Virus record (IMG/VR): IMGVR_UViG_3300023179_000009
Span: 310,001 to 374,000 of that record
Strand: one strand, 5' to 3'
DNA length: 64,000 nucleotides
Positions 11,512-23,859 of the stretch are shown here, piece by piece (within the stretch, counting starts at the first letter, position 1; each line of letters starts with the position of its first letter). The notes beneath the pieces were generated by a model, which was given only the letters and a program-made list of their open reading frames with translations, made no database searches and had not been told where the DNA came from. A program made the translations under genes and the position numbers.

Positions 11512-12195
11512 ATGCCTTCACAAATTACTAAAACTGTTTATTCATTTTCTGAGTTACTCAAAACCGGAAAAGAATCTGCTATCGAACGTGCTAGATGCCG
11601 CCTGAAGGAAATTGCGCTCAGTGATGATTGGTATGAATATGAGATTTCGGTATGGAAGAGTGCATTAGAGCAAGTTGGTTTTGTCCGTCCTGAGATTAAC
11701 TTTAGTGGTTTTGGCTCTCAGGGTGATGGTGCAAGTTTTACTAGCTCGTGTGATACTGAACGATTGTTTTGGTACAGTACCCACAAGATTGTTGGCAAGA
11801 ACTGCATTAAGCCTACAAAGCGTACCGGACTAGATGAGGATTTTCTTCCGTGGCTGGTAAGTCAGATTGGCGGGCAGTATGGTTATTGTTCGGGCATCAA
11901 GCGGTTAGGATCGAAGATTATTGAAGGGCTGTCTTTTTCTGTTGATCGAATTGATAACCACTACTCGCACGAGAATACGTGTCGATTGGTTGTTAAGGAT
12001 ACGACATTGAGTGATACCGACTATGTTCGGGTACAGAACTGGGTTTCGGATCTGGAAAATCTGCGTCTCAGGATTTGTCGGGCAATTTATTCGGGACTAG
12101 AGATTGAGCATGATTATCATGTGTCCGACGACAACCTGACTTCTTTGGATGAAATTAACGGTTATCACTGGGACATTAACGGGAGGATGGAATGA
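11512..12195 (+). CDS. Conserved phage/ICE protein (family often labelled 'antitoxin of toxin-antitoxin stability system')
   Basis: VYSFSEL...AIERAR...DDWYE...INFSGFGSQGDGASF motif. Confidence 0.45.
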   Translation: MPSQITKTVYSFSELLKTGKESAIERARCRLKEIALSDDWYEYEISVWKSALEQVGFVRPEINFSGFGSQGDGASFTSSCDTERLFWYSTHKIVGKNCIKPTKRTGLDEDFLPWLVSQIGGQYGYCSGIKRLGSKIIEGLSFSVDRIDNHYSHENTCRLVVKDTTLSDTDYVRVQNWVSDLENLRLRICRAIYSGLEIEHDYHVSDDNLTSLDEINGYHWDINGRME

Positions 12196-12749
12196 ACAAA
12201 ACTACGTTCCGGGCTACGTTGGTCGAATCGAGCGATAGCGATTTTGAGGACATGGTTGATAGTGCCGGTACTCTGTGCATTAAAAATGATGCTGGTTATT
12301 TCCTTTGTGGCGGAGATTCTATAGAGTTTACGAATCATCGTGCTTCTTTTAATGGCAATACCGTTAAGGTAAAAACCAAGATTGGTAACACTTTTGTTTT
12401 TGAACTCAACAGCAAGCGTGATGTGGATGATGTGCTTCATAATCTGCAAGACGCTGCTGAGATTCTAAAGTTGATGGGATACGATTCTGCCAGCATTTCA
12501 ATTTACAATGTTGTTGAAGAAGTAGCCGAATTGGCTGGAGTATAAAATGTTCAAGAAATGGCGAGTTGATTATGTTGGTTGGGATTTAACGAATCTTTTT
12601 TCTACGGGTTCTAGACTTAATGGCGGCGGCTTTTTGGGCGGTGCTGCGCCCTATAAGTATTGGCGTGTTGGTCCGTTGATGTTCAAGCATTATTGGTAAC
12701 GAATACCAACTAGAGTGAGTGTTCCACTCACTCGTTATAAAGGATTTAT

Positions 12750-13496
12750 ATGCTCACTATCATCGACTCTGTCACGGAAGTCAGTTTGTATTCGGGTGAC
12801 GTTACGGTTGACCTTGGTTTGATTCGTAATTTGACTCATGCCGTTAGTATTTTTGGCGGTTTGAGCAAGCCTGATAAAATGCCGTGTTATTGCTACAATC
12901 TGCCAGCAAGTCGTTGTAAGATGGGCAGCAAACTGAATACGGTTCCGGGCAGTGTTTGCTACGGTTGTTACGCCGCTGACGAACTGTCGTGGGTGAAGCG
13001 TAAGAATGCTGCTAATGGCAAGTGGGCGTTGACTCGTTACACGATGCACACGGTACAGCGGGCATTGCAGCGGCGGTTTGAATCGTTGAGCGATCCGCTT
13101 TGGGTTCCCGCTATGGTTTACGCTATCAATCACTATGCCCGTAAGGGCAGTGATTATTTCCGGTGGCATGATAGTGGCGATATTCAGGACCACAATCATT
13201 TCCAGAATATCATGACTGTGTGCGAGTATACTCCTTCGGTAAAACATTGGTTACCGACTCGGGAGTATGCTATTGTCCGGGGGTTTTGTTATCCTGATAA
13301 TCTGTGCGTGCGGTTGTCTGCCCATATGGTTGATGGCATGCCGCCTGATTTTGATATACCAACTAGCACGGTAAGCACTGGGTCGCCTGTGACCGGCGTC
13401 CGTTGCAATGCTCCTTCGAATGATGGGCGTTGTGGATCGTGCCGCTGGTGTTGGGACCGTAATGTCACGAATGTGGATTATCACCATCACAATTAG
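12750..13496 (+). CDS. GP88-like Cys-rich phage protein
   Basis: YNLPASRC, GSVCYGCYA, YFRWHDSGD, HWLPTRE, C-terminal CGSCRWCW. Confidence 0.7.
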   Translation: MLTIIDSVTEVSLYSGDVTVDLGLIRNLTHAVSIFGGLSKPDKMPCYCYNLPASRCKMGSKLNTVPGSVCYGCYAADELSWVKRKNAANGKWALTRYTMHTVQRALQRRFESLSDPLWVPAMVYAINHYARKGSDYFRWHDSGDIQDHNHFQNIMTVCEYTPSVKHWLPTREYAIVRGFCYPDNLCVRLSAHMVDGMPPDFDIPTSTVSTGSPVTGVRCNAPSNDGRCGSCRWCWDRNVTNVDYHHHN

Positions 13497-13717
13497 GATG
13501 GTTTATGTGGTTGTTTGCCAGTATAGCGGATGATTCCGTTTTTGCCGGGGATTTTACCTTTGTACATAATGTCGATATAGGTAATCAGGTCGGCTGCGAC
13601 TGGGATGCCGTATAATGGTGGGTACTGACCTAGGGCATCGTTAATACTAGGATACAATCCTAGTTTGGCACCTGTCCGGGTGGCATTCTCTTTTAGCAAC
13701 CAGTCTTTAAATTTCAT
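13493..13717 (-). CDS. Small protein with capsid-targeting-like N-terminus, antisense to the array
   Basis: MKFKDWLLKE; CGTAAATA just upstream (13722-13729, minus strand). Confidence 0.7.
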   Translation of the reverse strand: MKFKDWLLKENATRTGAKLGLYPSINDALGQYPPLYGIPVAADLITYIDIMYKGKIPGKNGIIRYTGKQPHKPS

Positions 13718-13758
13718 ATTGTATTTACGATACCAACTACTGTTTCTGGAGGACCATT

Positions 13759-16700
13759 ATGACTGCCAAGGCTTTTTGTGTTGATTATAAAAGTAGCGTG
13801 ATGAATCGTATTGCCGCTGTTGATGCTATTTTGGCGGCTGAGATTGATAGTCAGGCACGTTGCTTGACGTTGGAGCAGGTAGATCGTTTGGAAAAGATTG
13901 ACCGATTTATCCAGGTACTTGTTCGAACGAACAACGGCAGGTTTTTAACGGCTGTTCAAAATGTTCGCTGGTACTGTGGATTGATTGAGAACCATTACCA
14001 GATGGTTAAGGCCGCTATCGGTTCGGAGCCTGCAAGCAAGTACAACACGGATTGGGTTCGAGATATTAGTATTCCAGTGGAGAGGGAGAATGACTGATCG
14101 TAAATTTTATCGCACGGTGATTCACGTTGAAGTGCTGAGTGAAGAGCCGTATACGTTTAGTGGCAATCTCGTGGATGTTGCCAATGATATTAGTTCGGGC
14201 GATTGCAGCGGGGTAGCCCGGACGATTCAGGAAGAAACGTGTGATGGTGCCCGGATGGCACAGTTGCTCGTGGCACAAGGGAGTGATCCTGAATTCTTTA
14301 TGTTGGATGACTCTGGAAACGATACCAACTAGCCTGATATGAATACCAAACAACTTATAGAAGTCCTTGTAAAAATTTGTGTATATGCTCAGGATCATAG
14401 TGGCGACATCTCGGCTTGGGGGCCGAGGAACAGCGACTATCTTCATGAGGCCATGGAACACACGAGTTACGTTGTGGCGTGTTTTCTGGCACAGAATACT
14501 CGTGGCGGGAATGATGGTGTTTCTTTTGACGTTGTGCTTGACAAGCTGGCTGGTCCGGTATTGTCCGAGCGGCAATGGACTCGTGTAATCACTAATCTTG
14601 TCAATGTCTTGGAGGGTAGTCATGAGCGTATTTGATTCAGTTTACGAGCGTTTACAACTTGCGGATAAGATTGCCCATTTGTTTGATTTGGAAGGCGTGC
14701 GGGTGGATGACTTGGAAGAGATTTGTGGTTTTGTCAAGAAAATGGTTGAGAACCATGACAAGGTTACCAAAGTCGCTGAGTCTAAGGCTGTGGAGGCTTT
14801 GTGTGAGTGGTACCGAAACGAAGCGGACATGGACGATATTGCCCGAGAGTACAGTCGTATACTTGGCGTTGGTCCTGTGCAGGTGAAGGGTGAGCAAGCT
14901 GCTGACAGTGACGTTTTTGAAAATGGCGAACGAATTGAATTTGAAGAACAAAACGAATCGGAGGAACAATGACCGCCACTGAAGAGATGGTTAGCGTTGA
15001 GTTTTATCTTTTGGGCGACGATTACACTTGGGACACGGACTTCATTTCGTTTCCTAAAAAGTTGTATGCCCGATACTTGAAGGATAGTAATCCTAGTCCG
15101 ATTTTGGATTGGGTTTACGCTAACGTAAAGTTTCGCAAGAACATTTGTATGGTTGGCATTTATAACGACGAGTCTGTTGACATGGAGGAAGATGATGCCG
15201 AAGTTTAAAGTACACGCTCAACGCACACAGGTGCAGTCTCAAGTGTTTTATGTTACAGCGGCTAGTCGAGAGGAACTTGAGAAGAAACTTCAAGATGTTA
15301 GTTTTGATGAGATGGATAACGTGTTTGATGAAGGGGAAGTAGACTCGATTGATTACGAGGTTATAGAGACTTCTCCTTGTAAAAGTGGCCCGTCTACCTT
15401 TGCTAGCGACGAGTTGCAAGAACAGTTGGATAATGTTTGATACCAACTAGCGACCCAGGAGGTTTCTATGAAAATCATTTCTAACGACTTGTATTGTCAA
15501 ATTGAGCGGTGGGACGATCCGGGCGATTACCCGAATGGCTTGGCTGCGGGTCCGCTGCCGAGTTATTCCTATTGTGAATTTGGTGGCGAGTTTGTTTTTG
15601 AAACTGAAAATGACGAGGAACTGAAAGAACTTGATAATGTTGATGATTGGATTGGCGATTGGGTGAGAGATCAGTGTGATATTGGCGGTCATATTTATCC
15701 TTCGTACCGTTGTGAGGTTGAGGGTAATCGTTGTGTGGTGACGATTACCGAAGCCGAAGTTGAAGAGTACGATCCGGCTGACGATTATTGATACCAACTA
15801 AGAACTTGGAGAAAAACAATGAAGACTTTTAACAAAGACTATAAGGCTCGCAACCAAATCATTTTTGGTGACAACAATACGGATAATTGGCCGGGTGGCG
15901 TTAGGCGAATCGAGTCGCTCAGTCTTAAGCAACTGAATGATTTGATTCAAAATGACTTTATTGATCTTGAAGATTGCCAGAATTGCTCTCCTACTGTCGA
16001 GGCTTTTCTAGACTTCATGAAAAAGTATCCGAAGGTTGAGGCCCACGGTTACGCCGTGAGTCACACCCGAGATGATTATCGTGTAAGTCTTGAAGGTTTG
16101 GCTTTTGCTGGCGATGTGAACAAGCAAATGCTTCTTGATTTTGTACACCTGTGTCGTGATGCTGACGAGTTTGTTGCCGATGATAACGAACTGTACGCTT
16201 GGTGGGACTGATACCAACTAAGGGCGTGGAGGTGCTACATGAATGACTTTAGAACAGATCATCTTTCTGGCGAAGCCTTGAAGATTGCAAGTGCAATTTC
16301 AGAAATGATCAAGAATGATAAGGGTGAAGATCCCCATGGTGGCGGATGTACTGCTTTTTATACACCAGAGCATTGGCGAGAGCGTGGTGAAAAATATGGC
16401 AAAGACAGCGTGTTGATTCTGTGTCACGATGGCGGTGACTTGGCTCTTTATTGCAATCTTGACTATGCCTACTATCGTGGCCAGGAGCGCATCAATAGTT
16501 GTTTGAAGAATCTTGGTTATTATGTTGAGGCTTGTACTTGTTGGTACAGTGCTGTTTATCCTCTTTAATTAATACGAACTAGTAAGTCACTCAATTATTA
16601 GGAGAATAAAAAATGGGAATGGGTAGTTTTGCTTGCGATAGTTACGTCATCAGTTACGACAATCTCAAGAAGTTGTGTCCCAAGGAAGTCGAGGCCATCG

Positions 16701-17522
16701 AGACTGCCAAGTATTGGGAATTTGTTGGCTGGGGTCCGCTTGCCAACGGCATGAGTTACAACGACACCCAGACTATTGGCGAAGGCGTCTTTGATAGCGA
16801 GGAAGAACTGAGTGATGCTCAGGTTGTGAAGGTTTGCAAGGGTTTCGAGAAGTTGGCAAAAGCATTGTGTGCCGCCTTCAAGAAACGTACTGGCGGTCTG
16901 GAGTTGTTTTTCGATCATTATAACGAAGATGAAGGTGATCGGTACGATAGCGTGGAACACAAGGATGGGTGTGTGTTCTGCGTTGGCAATATGGTGCAGT
17001 TGACTCCTGCTGGCAAGAAGTTCCAGAAGGTTGTTGAGAAGCGTCGTTGGGTTCAGTTTGGTTAAAGGGAAAAACATGAACTATCATCGTGAAGAAGAAT
17101 CCCCGGAGCGGGTTAGTTATTACGACGAAAAGTGGAATACTCGTGACGGAGAAATCGTTGAACGTAACGGGTATTTGATACTAGTTAGAGATTCGGAAAC
17201 TGGGCAGGAACTTTGGAAGTGCAATTTTGAAATTGCTTAATCACAAAGGCAAACAATGGAACGTAAACAACTAACTGCTGGTCAGAAGTATCGGGTGATG
17301 AAGGCTGGTGCTTTTCTTCAATACGAGATCCCGCATTACGGTTACTCAGAGTTTCGCTCTGTCAAACTGTCTGAGGGTGATGTGATTGAGTATGTTCGCA
17401 ACGCTTATGGTGGTGGTAGTGACGATGTGAACTACGACTACTTTTTGAGCGGCGACAAGCGAGGCAAGTTCTGGCCCAATAACTGGGGAGTTTGTGACGC
17501 CAGTTATCTTGAGCCTGTCTGA
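13759..17522 (+). other. Array cargo hypothetical CDS (13759-14097, ~14090-14332, 14339-14635, ~14622-14972, 14969-15208, 15192-15440, 15468-15791, 15819-16211, 16239-16568, 16613-17065, ~17076-17240, 17256-17522)
   Basis: ORFs with GGAG/AGGA RBS; most end in or at a motif copy; many are acidic. Confidence 0.75.
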
Positions 17523-17647
17523 TACCAACTAGGGGGCAACTGTTAAGTAACGCTTAACAGTTGCCCCCTAAGTGCTAAAACTGGCACTTATCTCAAATAA
17601 ATCGCTTTTAAGTGACGTTTTTGGCATTTAAGTACAAGGAGAAAATC

Positions 17648-18016
17648 ATGGGACTTGATCAGTACGCATTTGCTCGTCGTGGTGAGCCGGTCGAGAAGGA
17701 CGGTCAACTCGAATATCCCGACAAGGTGGAGCTTGCCTATTGGCGTAAGCACCCGAACCTTCAGGGCTGGATGGAGAATTTGTACCGGGAGAATGGTGGT
17801 ACTGAGGAGTTCAATTGTCAGGAAGTTGAACTGACTCTTGAGGATCTGGATTCTCTCGAAGCGGCCATCACTGGTACGGAACTGCCGGAAACCTGTGGGT
17901 TTTTCTTTGGCGAGAACAGCGATGATTACTACAAGGACAAGGACTTGCAGTTCATCGAGGAGGCCCGTCAGTACATTAATGATGGATACACGGTCGTTTA
18001 CTATAGCTGGTGGTGA
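17648..18016 (+). CDS. Conserved phage hypothetical protein
   Basis: MGLDQYA...YWRKHPNLQGWM...LPETCGFFFG, a pattern I recall from many phage proteins. Confidence 0.7.
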   Translation: MGLDQYAFARRGEPVEKDGQLEYPDKVELAYWRKHPNLQGWMENLYRENGGTEEFNCQEVELTLEDLDSLEAAITGTELPETCGFFFGENSDDYYKDKDLQFIEEARQYINDGYTVVYYSWW

Positions 18017-18209
18017 AAAAACATGGCAATTCATATTGAAGTTTTAAAAGATTTTATTGATGAAGCTTTTCGCTACGACTCAAACTGTAAATTCTGGGTC
18101 GTCGAAGATAATGGATATTTTTTAGTATCCAATCGGGGACATTTGATGGATCTTGGAGAACCATTTGAAGAAAATGGTGATACCAACTAGCACATCAGGA
18201 GGACCAAAC

Positions 18210-19612
18210 ATGAAACTTGGATCTGAAACTGGTAGTCTGATGAATCATGTCATGACTGGTAGCAACCAGCGTGAGCCGAAGGTTGGTGATGGTGCCACGA
18301 TCTGCATGTGGACTGATCGACATGCGGGTACGATCATCAAGGTGACTCGTTGCACGGTTACTGTGCAGGAGGACAAGGCGATCAGGACGGACACGAATGG
18401 CATGAGCGAGTCGCAGACTTACTCATACGAGCCTGATCCGAATGGTGCTACTTATGTGTTCCGTAAGACCAAGAACGGTTGGAAGTCAAAGGGCGTAGGC
18501 TTGCTGATTGGTGTTCGGCGTCACTATTACGACTATAGTTTTTGAGGAAATTATATGATTAAGTCTGCAACACAAGTAAGAGATGAGATGTTGGGTAACG
18601 ACGAGTACATGACATCTTTAGATAATAGTATTCGTCATGTCATGGACCGCATTGAATGGGCGAAGTCTCAGGGGTTTACCCGTATTTGTTTTTGCCCCGA
18701 AACACGCCACGAGGATCAAATCAGGCGAATGTTTTTGGACAAGGGCTACACGTTTAAGCCCACGGGATACAACGGTGGCGTTTGGCAACTGAGCGAAGAT
18801 ATCTGTTGGTGATACCAACTAGGAGAACACTATGGCTACTACCAAGAAAACTAAAAGTCAGCGAATGAAAAATATTGAGCAGGAAATTATTTGGTATAGG
18901 ATTCGCAAACCTATTGCTGAAGCCATGCGTAAGTGTGGCCAACTAGGCTTTGAAGTCTCAGGACATGGTTGTGGTTTTGGCGGTGAAGATTTTAGCCTTT
19001 TGAATAAGCGTAAAGATCTTTATGTGAACTTTTGCGACCGGGGAAACAGTTGCAAGGTGACTGTTAGCACTTGTGATACCACCAATGATGATGGTTATCC
19101 CATCGAGTTGATCAGCGGGACTATTGGCAAAGCCATGAAGTTTATTGAAGGACGATAATGAAACCACTACTTCAATACGACCGATACAGTAGCAGTGCCG
19201 AGTACGCAGACTACATTTATCACTTTGCAATTGGCGAAGATGGGCTTGGTGGTTTTCTCCGGGTTACTCTTAACAATGAACCCGTACAAAAGCCTTCTGC
19301 CACTCTCGACATCTGCATCAATAATGAAAGTGGCGACGAGTTGATCGAGCAGAGTTTTGAAATTGACCGAAAAGTTGCTCGTGACATGCTGGCAGTTCAT
19401 TACCCCAAACAGGAAGTTATCCAGTGATAGTTTATTCTATTGTTTATTATGATGGCGGAGTTGCAGGTTATTGTTTGCACAAGACCTACAAGAATCTTGC
19501 CGATGCTGAAAAAGAACTTGAAAAAATTGATCAATTAATTGATGACGGAGAATTTGGAAGCGACGTTAAAAGCGCTGGTGTTATCGAAATAAACTGCGCT
19601 GCTGCTGAGTGA
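18210..19612 (+). other. Array cargo hypothetical CDS (18210-18545, 18555-18812, 18832-19158, 19158-19427, 19424-19612)
   Basis: RBS and motif punctuation. Confidence 0.75.
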
Positions 19613-19738
19613 TGGTAATTTAGGGCAAAAAATTGGAAGAATAGATAGAATTTTTCACAATTTTTGCTCTTTACAAATTTCTTTTTTTGTGAATAATGTG
19701 TTTGTTCAATGGAATGGTTCCGTTGAGTTTGTTACCCC

Positions 19739-20044
19739 ATGGAGGTAGTTATGAAGAGTTTTGTTTTTGCTGCTCTTGCAGTTGTTTCGTTTTCGGCTTT
19801 TGTTAATGCCGGTGAGGAAAAGAGTGTTTTGGTCAACACTCCCACCCCGGTTGCAGCCCTGACCGTAGTAGCCGCTCCGGTAGAAACCGTTGTTGTTGCT
19901 TCGGATTGCAAGAATGGCCGCTGCTGTGCCAACGGTCGTTGTTGGCTCACTCCACGGTACGAGAGAACCGTTGCTGTTGAACGCACCTGCACCGATTGTG
20001 AGCAGTCGTACAAGCGGACAGTGACTCGTACTCGTCGTCGTTGA
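19739..20044 (+). CDS. Small secreted Cys/Arg-rich protein
   Basis: Signal peptide MKSFVFAALAVVSFSAFVNA; CKNGRCCANGRC; Arg-rich tail. Confidence 0.65.
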   Translation: MEVVMKSFVFAALAVVSFSAFVNAGEEKSVLVNTPTPVAALTVVAAPVETVVVASDCKNGRCCANGRCWLTPRYERTVAVERTCTDCEQSYKRTVTRTRRR

Positions 20045-20089
20045 TCTTGTCAGATTCCTCAAATTCCTCCTTTCGTTTGAGGGACAATG

Positions 20090-20132
20090 CAGGGGTGTGT
20101 GAGATGCGCTTCTCACACACCCCTGTTTTTTT
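20090..20132 (+). terminator. Intrinsic terminator
   Basis: CAGGGGTGTGTGAGA-N6-TCTCACACACCCCTG followed by T7. Confidence 0.8.
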
Positions 20133-20161
20133 AATACCAACTAGAAAACTACCGATTTTTC

Positions 20162-20896
20162 TTGGAGGTTTTTATGCACACAAGACGATCAGATATTGAA
20201 AAAGGTGAATGTGTTGTTCCCACGGTCAAAGGTCAGTCAGTGGTTTTTGAAAGTTACGAAGAAAATCCTGGCGGCACAAGTTACGTAAGATTTATCGACA
20301 AAGACAATAACGAACTTTTGTATTATAACTGTGAGGAATGGCGGGAAGAACCCGAACTTGTAATGGGTTGCATTATGGCCGCTATTCAAAATGGCGCTCG
20401 TGAATAAAACTTAATACCAACTAGAGGTCAGGTTCGAAACATTATTTCAAAGGAGTGAAAATGTTTTATCTTCAAATTGCTATCGGCATCGTTAGTCTGC
20501 TTGTCGGTTTTGCCCAAATTGCTAAAGAGGGAACCCCTCTTGTTCAAAAGGCTTTAATTCATCAACAGCAGGTTGCAGCACAACAGCGTGCTACTCAACA
20601 GGCTCAGATGAACATTCAATATTATTATCGTGGAAATGATAATGTTTGGCGATATTACAGCGATGCCACTGGTCGATATTGGACTCGGGTGAATGTTCAG
20701 GGTGTTGTCGAATATTGTCAGAATCACAATGGAGGCTGACATGACTCGCTATGAAATGCAAGCGTTCGTTCAAGATCAAATAAACAAAGGACTTGAAAGA
20801 ACAGACGCTATTAGGAATCTAGCCTTTCATTTAGACGAAGATGATCCTGGTGATTTTGCAGAAATATGGTTCCAGCAAAAAATTAGTGGTGAGTAA
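20162..20896 (+). other. Array cargo hypothetical CDS (20162-20407, 20455-20739, ~20741-20896)
   Basis: Follow motif copies 20133 and 20413. Confidence 0.65.
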
Positions 20897-21157
20897 TTAG
20901 TGGTCTTTACGCCAGTCGTATCGTCCACCTTTTTTACCGCTTCCGCCACGTTGTTTATCACGGTTTGTCAACATGCGTCTTGCCTTTGGTCCCTGATAAT
21001 GACCTATGGAAGTGCGACTTTGATAAACCGGCATGGGTGCTTTTCCACGAATATACAAATTCCATTGACGGCAAAACTCACGATCATCAGGATGCGGACA
21101 GTCCAGCTCATTCTTTTGTGATTCGCTAAACCATTGTTGAAAACTACGTAATGCCAT
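20897..21157 (-). CDS. Small basic protein with capsid-targeting-like N-terminus, antisense to the array
   Basis: MALRSFQQWFSE; TATAAATA at 21165-21172 (minus strand). Confidence 0.7.
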   Translation of the reverse strand: MALRSFQQWFSESQKNELDCPHPDDREFCRQWNLYIRGKAPMPVYQSRTSIGHYQGPKARRMLTNRDKQRGGSGKKGGRYDWRKDH

Positions 21158-21190
21158 AATAATCTATTTATACAAAGATTTTTAAATTAT

Positions 21191-21382
21191 CTCGCCAAGA
21201 AATCCCACTTGCTTTAGCGGGTGGTTTGAATTGGCAAAAAGTGAAAAAATTGAAAAAGACACACTACATTAAAACATACCGTAGGTACTACGGGAATTTA
21301 CGCTTGCGGACTCAATATAAAACCTATATGGTAGTTGAGGTTGAAGCAAGAAACCCAATTCCTTTAGGGGTTGGGTAGTTCA
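21191..21382 (+). mobile_element. Non-autonomous IS200/IS605-family mini-element (left-end hairpin + omegaRNA-like right end, no tnpA/tnpB)
   Basis: LE-like CAAGAAATCCCACTTGCTTTAGCGGGTGG; ACCGTAGGTACTACGGGAATTTACGCTTGCGGA; RE-like GAAGCAAGAAACCCAATTCCTTTAGGGGTTGGGTAGTTCA; preceded by TTAT. Confidence 0.7.
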
Positions 21383-21387
21383 TTTTT

Positions 21388-23623
21388 ATGACAACTAAAG
21401 ATAAAGTTTGGTTAATCGTTCTGGCTCTTTTGGACAATAGAAATACCGATCAGGAAATTATTACCCACAGCGGTAACAAGTTAAACAAAAGCGATTTAGA
21501 TCGTTTGTTTAAGTCGGCCGAAAATATTATCGACAAGGCGATTACCAAACCCGAGGAACGTCCCCGTGGTAAAATCATTACCGAGGCGTGCCGTTCCTGG
21601 CTTGATTTCTATGATTGGCCTGATTGATACCAACTAGGATGTCGAAAGGAACCCCAAAAATGCCTACTAAAAATATCCGTATCGTTTCCGGCAAAACTAC
21701 TTTTCGTAGCACCTATGCTGATAGTAATGCTCTTTGGAAGGTGATTGCTCCGAGAGGTAAGGGAACTTATCTTTGCGAAATTGTGAATGAACCCATCGAG
21801 TACGATGGTCGTATTCTCGACGGTGATTACGCTGGTGTTCAAAAGGCTTTTCTTCGTGAAGAAATTTTGCGGTCATTGAATTGGCAAAATGTTTTCGAAA
21901 ACATTCATGATGAAAGCGATAAGTTTTACAACAACCTGAGTGTTGATGACGTTGTTCATTATAATAATGGTTTTAGTCAATACGTTCGATGCAAGGTTGT
22001 TTTAGAGAACAATGAGAAAAGGTTGCTTCCGGTTGCGCTCGTGGGCATTTGGAGAGAGTACGACCTACCTCATCGTCGAATCAATGGAGAAATTGAATAC
22101 GGTTATCATGCAAGGCAGATCAATGAGCAAGTTTCCATGCGACCTAATGCTACCAATATTTGGGAGTTTAATCGCAAGGGAGCAAACCCTGCCAACCTGC
22201 TGCCGATTGATTTGAGTGTTCCCGATATGACCCCTGATCAATCCGATATTGCAAAAAAGTGGCAGACTGTTCAGGCAATTAATAGTGTTACTTCGGATTA
22301 TTCCACCGATAATCCACAAGATATTATTGATAGAGTGAAGAGTTTGCTCAATACCAACTAGTATCTCGGAGGACCAAATCATGCGACTTAATATTGGCGA
22401 TAAGGTTATTGTTAGAACCGAAAGTGGTTCAGATCGTCGTGGGACTATCCTTGCTCTCGGTCACAATCAGGATGTAAAGATTGGTGTTGGAGAACCTCAT
22501 TACTATAACTATCACGAAAAGTGGTTTGCGAGTAATAAGGTTCTTGCCTTTCACGAGTTGCCATACGAAGAGGCTGAAAAAACTTGGCAGACTGAACTTC
22601 CTCATGCTTTTGAGTATGCCAAGAAAGTGTTTGCAAAGTCTCTTCCCGATAGCATCTTGGAATTTGATGGTGAGATGATTCGTGATACTAGAAGCGGCTT
22701 TTATATCGCTGGTGCGATTATCGAGCGACGTACAATCGGTTCTGTGATGGAAATGGCCGGTTACGGTGTTTTTGCAGAGCAGGTTGTTCCTGGAATCAGG
22801 ACTTTTTCAAACGGTGATCCGGGCTATCCTGATGATGTTGAGTGCGTCGAGTTTGGAACGCATAGCACTTATCAAAGTGCCGTCATCGTGATGGCAAAAG
22901 AAGTATTTGCTAGTAACCTGCAAGCCGCTATCGAATTTGAATCAGAGCAAGAACTTGCAAAACTGTATATTGATGATACCAACTAGGTGATCGAAAGGTT
23001 ATAATTATGCTTGAATTTGAAACTATCTATGTTTATTCCGAAGACGGTCTGGTTCGAGTTGATCTCGATTGGATTGGCGAGGGAATTGACGGCGACTATG
23101 ACGAAAATGATCCGAAGGATGTTCCGCTGCTTCGTTATGGAGTGAGTCGCAAGTTTACGAAAGAGTGTGAAAACCACGAAAATTTTCAAGATGGAGAAAT
23201 TGGTGAGTGGTTTGATATTGAAGATAGCAGTTATTGCACTCAATTAATCGCAACTGCTCCTCGTGAACAATTGATTGAAGCCGCTCAATTTATTCTTGCT
23301 CATGTTGAGGATAACGTAAGGTATTTGCAACGTCAAAAACGTTTGTATGAAGCATTGAGTTGGATTTGTATTCAAGACGGTCAACCTTATTGTGAATACG
23401 GTACATTTAAGGTGTAATTATGAAGGTTTACATTGATGGCGAATCGGTAAAGGTTCAAAATGATGTGCGCATCATTTATGACATTGTTGAAAACGATCAA
23501 GAAGCCGAGTTGCATGTAGTTGCAACAAGTGAAGGTTTGATTTACGACGTTATTAACAATGAAGAAGTTGTTGCGACTATGTGTAGTTTGGCTCAAGATT
23601 TAGTCGATGATGTGATCGGCTAA
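21388..23623 (+). other. Array cargo hypothetical CDS (21388-21627, ~21660-22361, 22381-22986, 23007-23417, 23420-23623)
   Basis: ORFs bounded by motif copies; two end in ...NTN*/DTN*. Confidence 0.75.
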
Positions 23624-23859
23624 TAATCGTACATAATTAGGTAAATTAGCCTAGTTATGTACGGAGGGCGGAATGTTTCGAGTAAAATTAGAAAGACAAA
23701 TCAAACACATCGTCAGCACTATTGTCATTGAAGTAAAAGCAAAAAATGAAACACAAGCGGCTAATTTAGCAGAGCAAGTAATGGGTAAAAACTGGCGTTT
23801 CAGGGCTATTGTTCGATAATCCAAAATAAGTTATACCAACTAGTCAGCCGTGATGATTT

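Noticed and set aside
17520-17527. TGATACCA equals the complement of the plant LTR-retrotransposon tRNA-iMet primer-binding site (TGGTATCA)
   Set aside because: No LTRs or reverse transcriptase, a prokaryotic context, and frequent TAATACCA variants; treated as coincidence.
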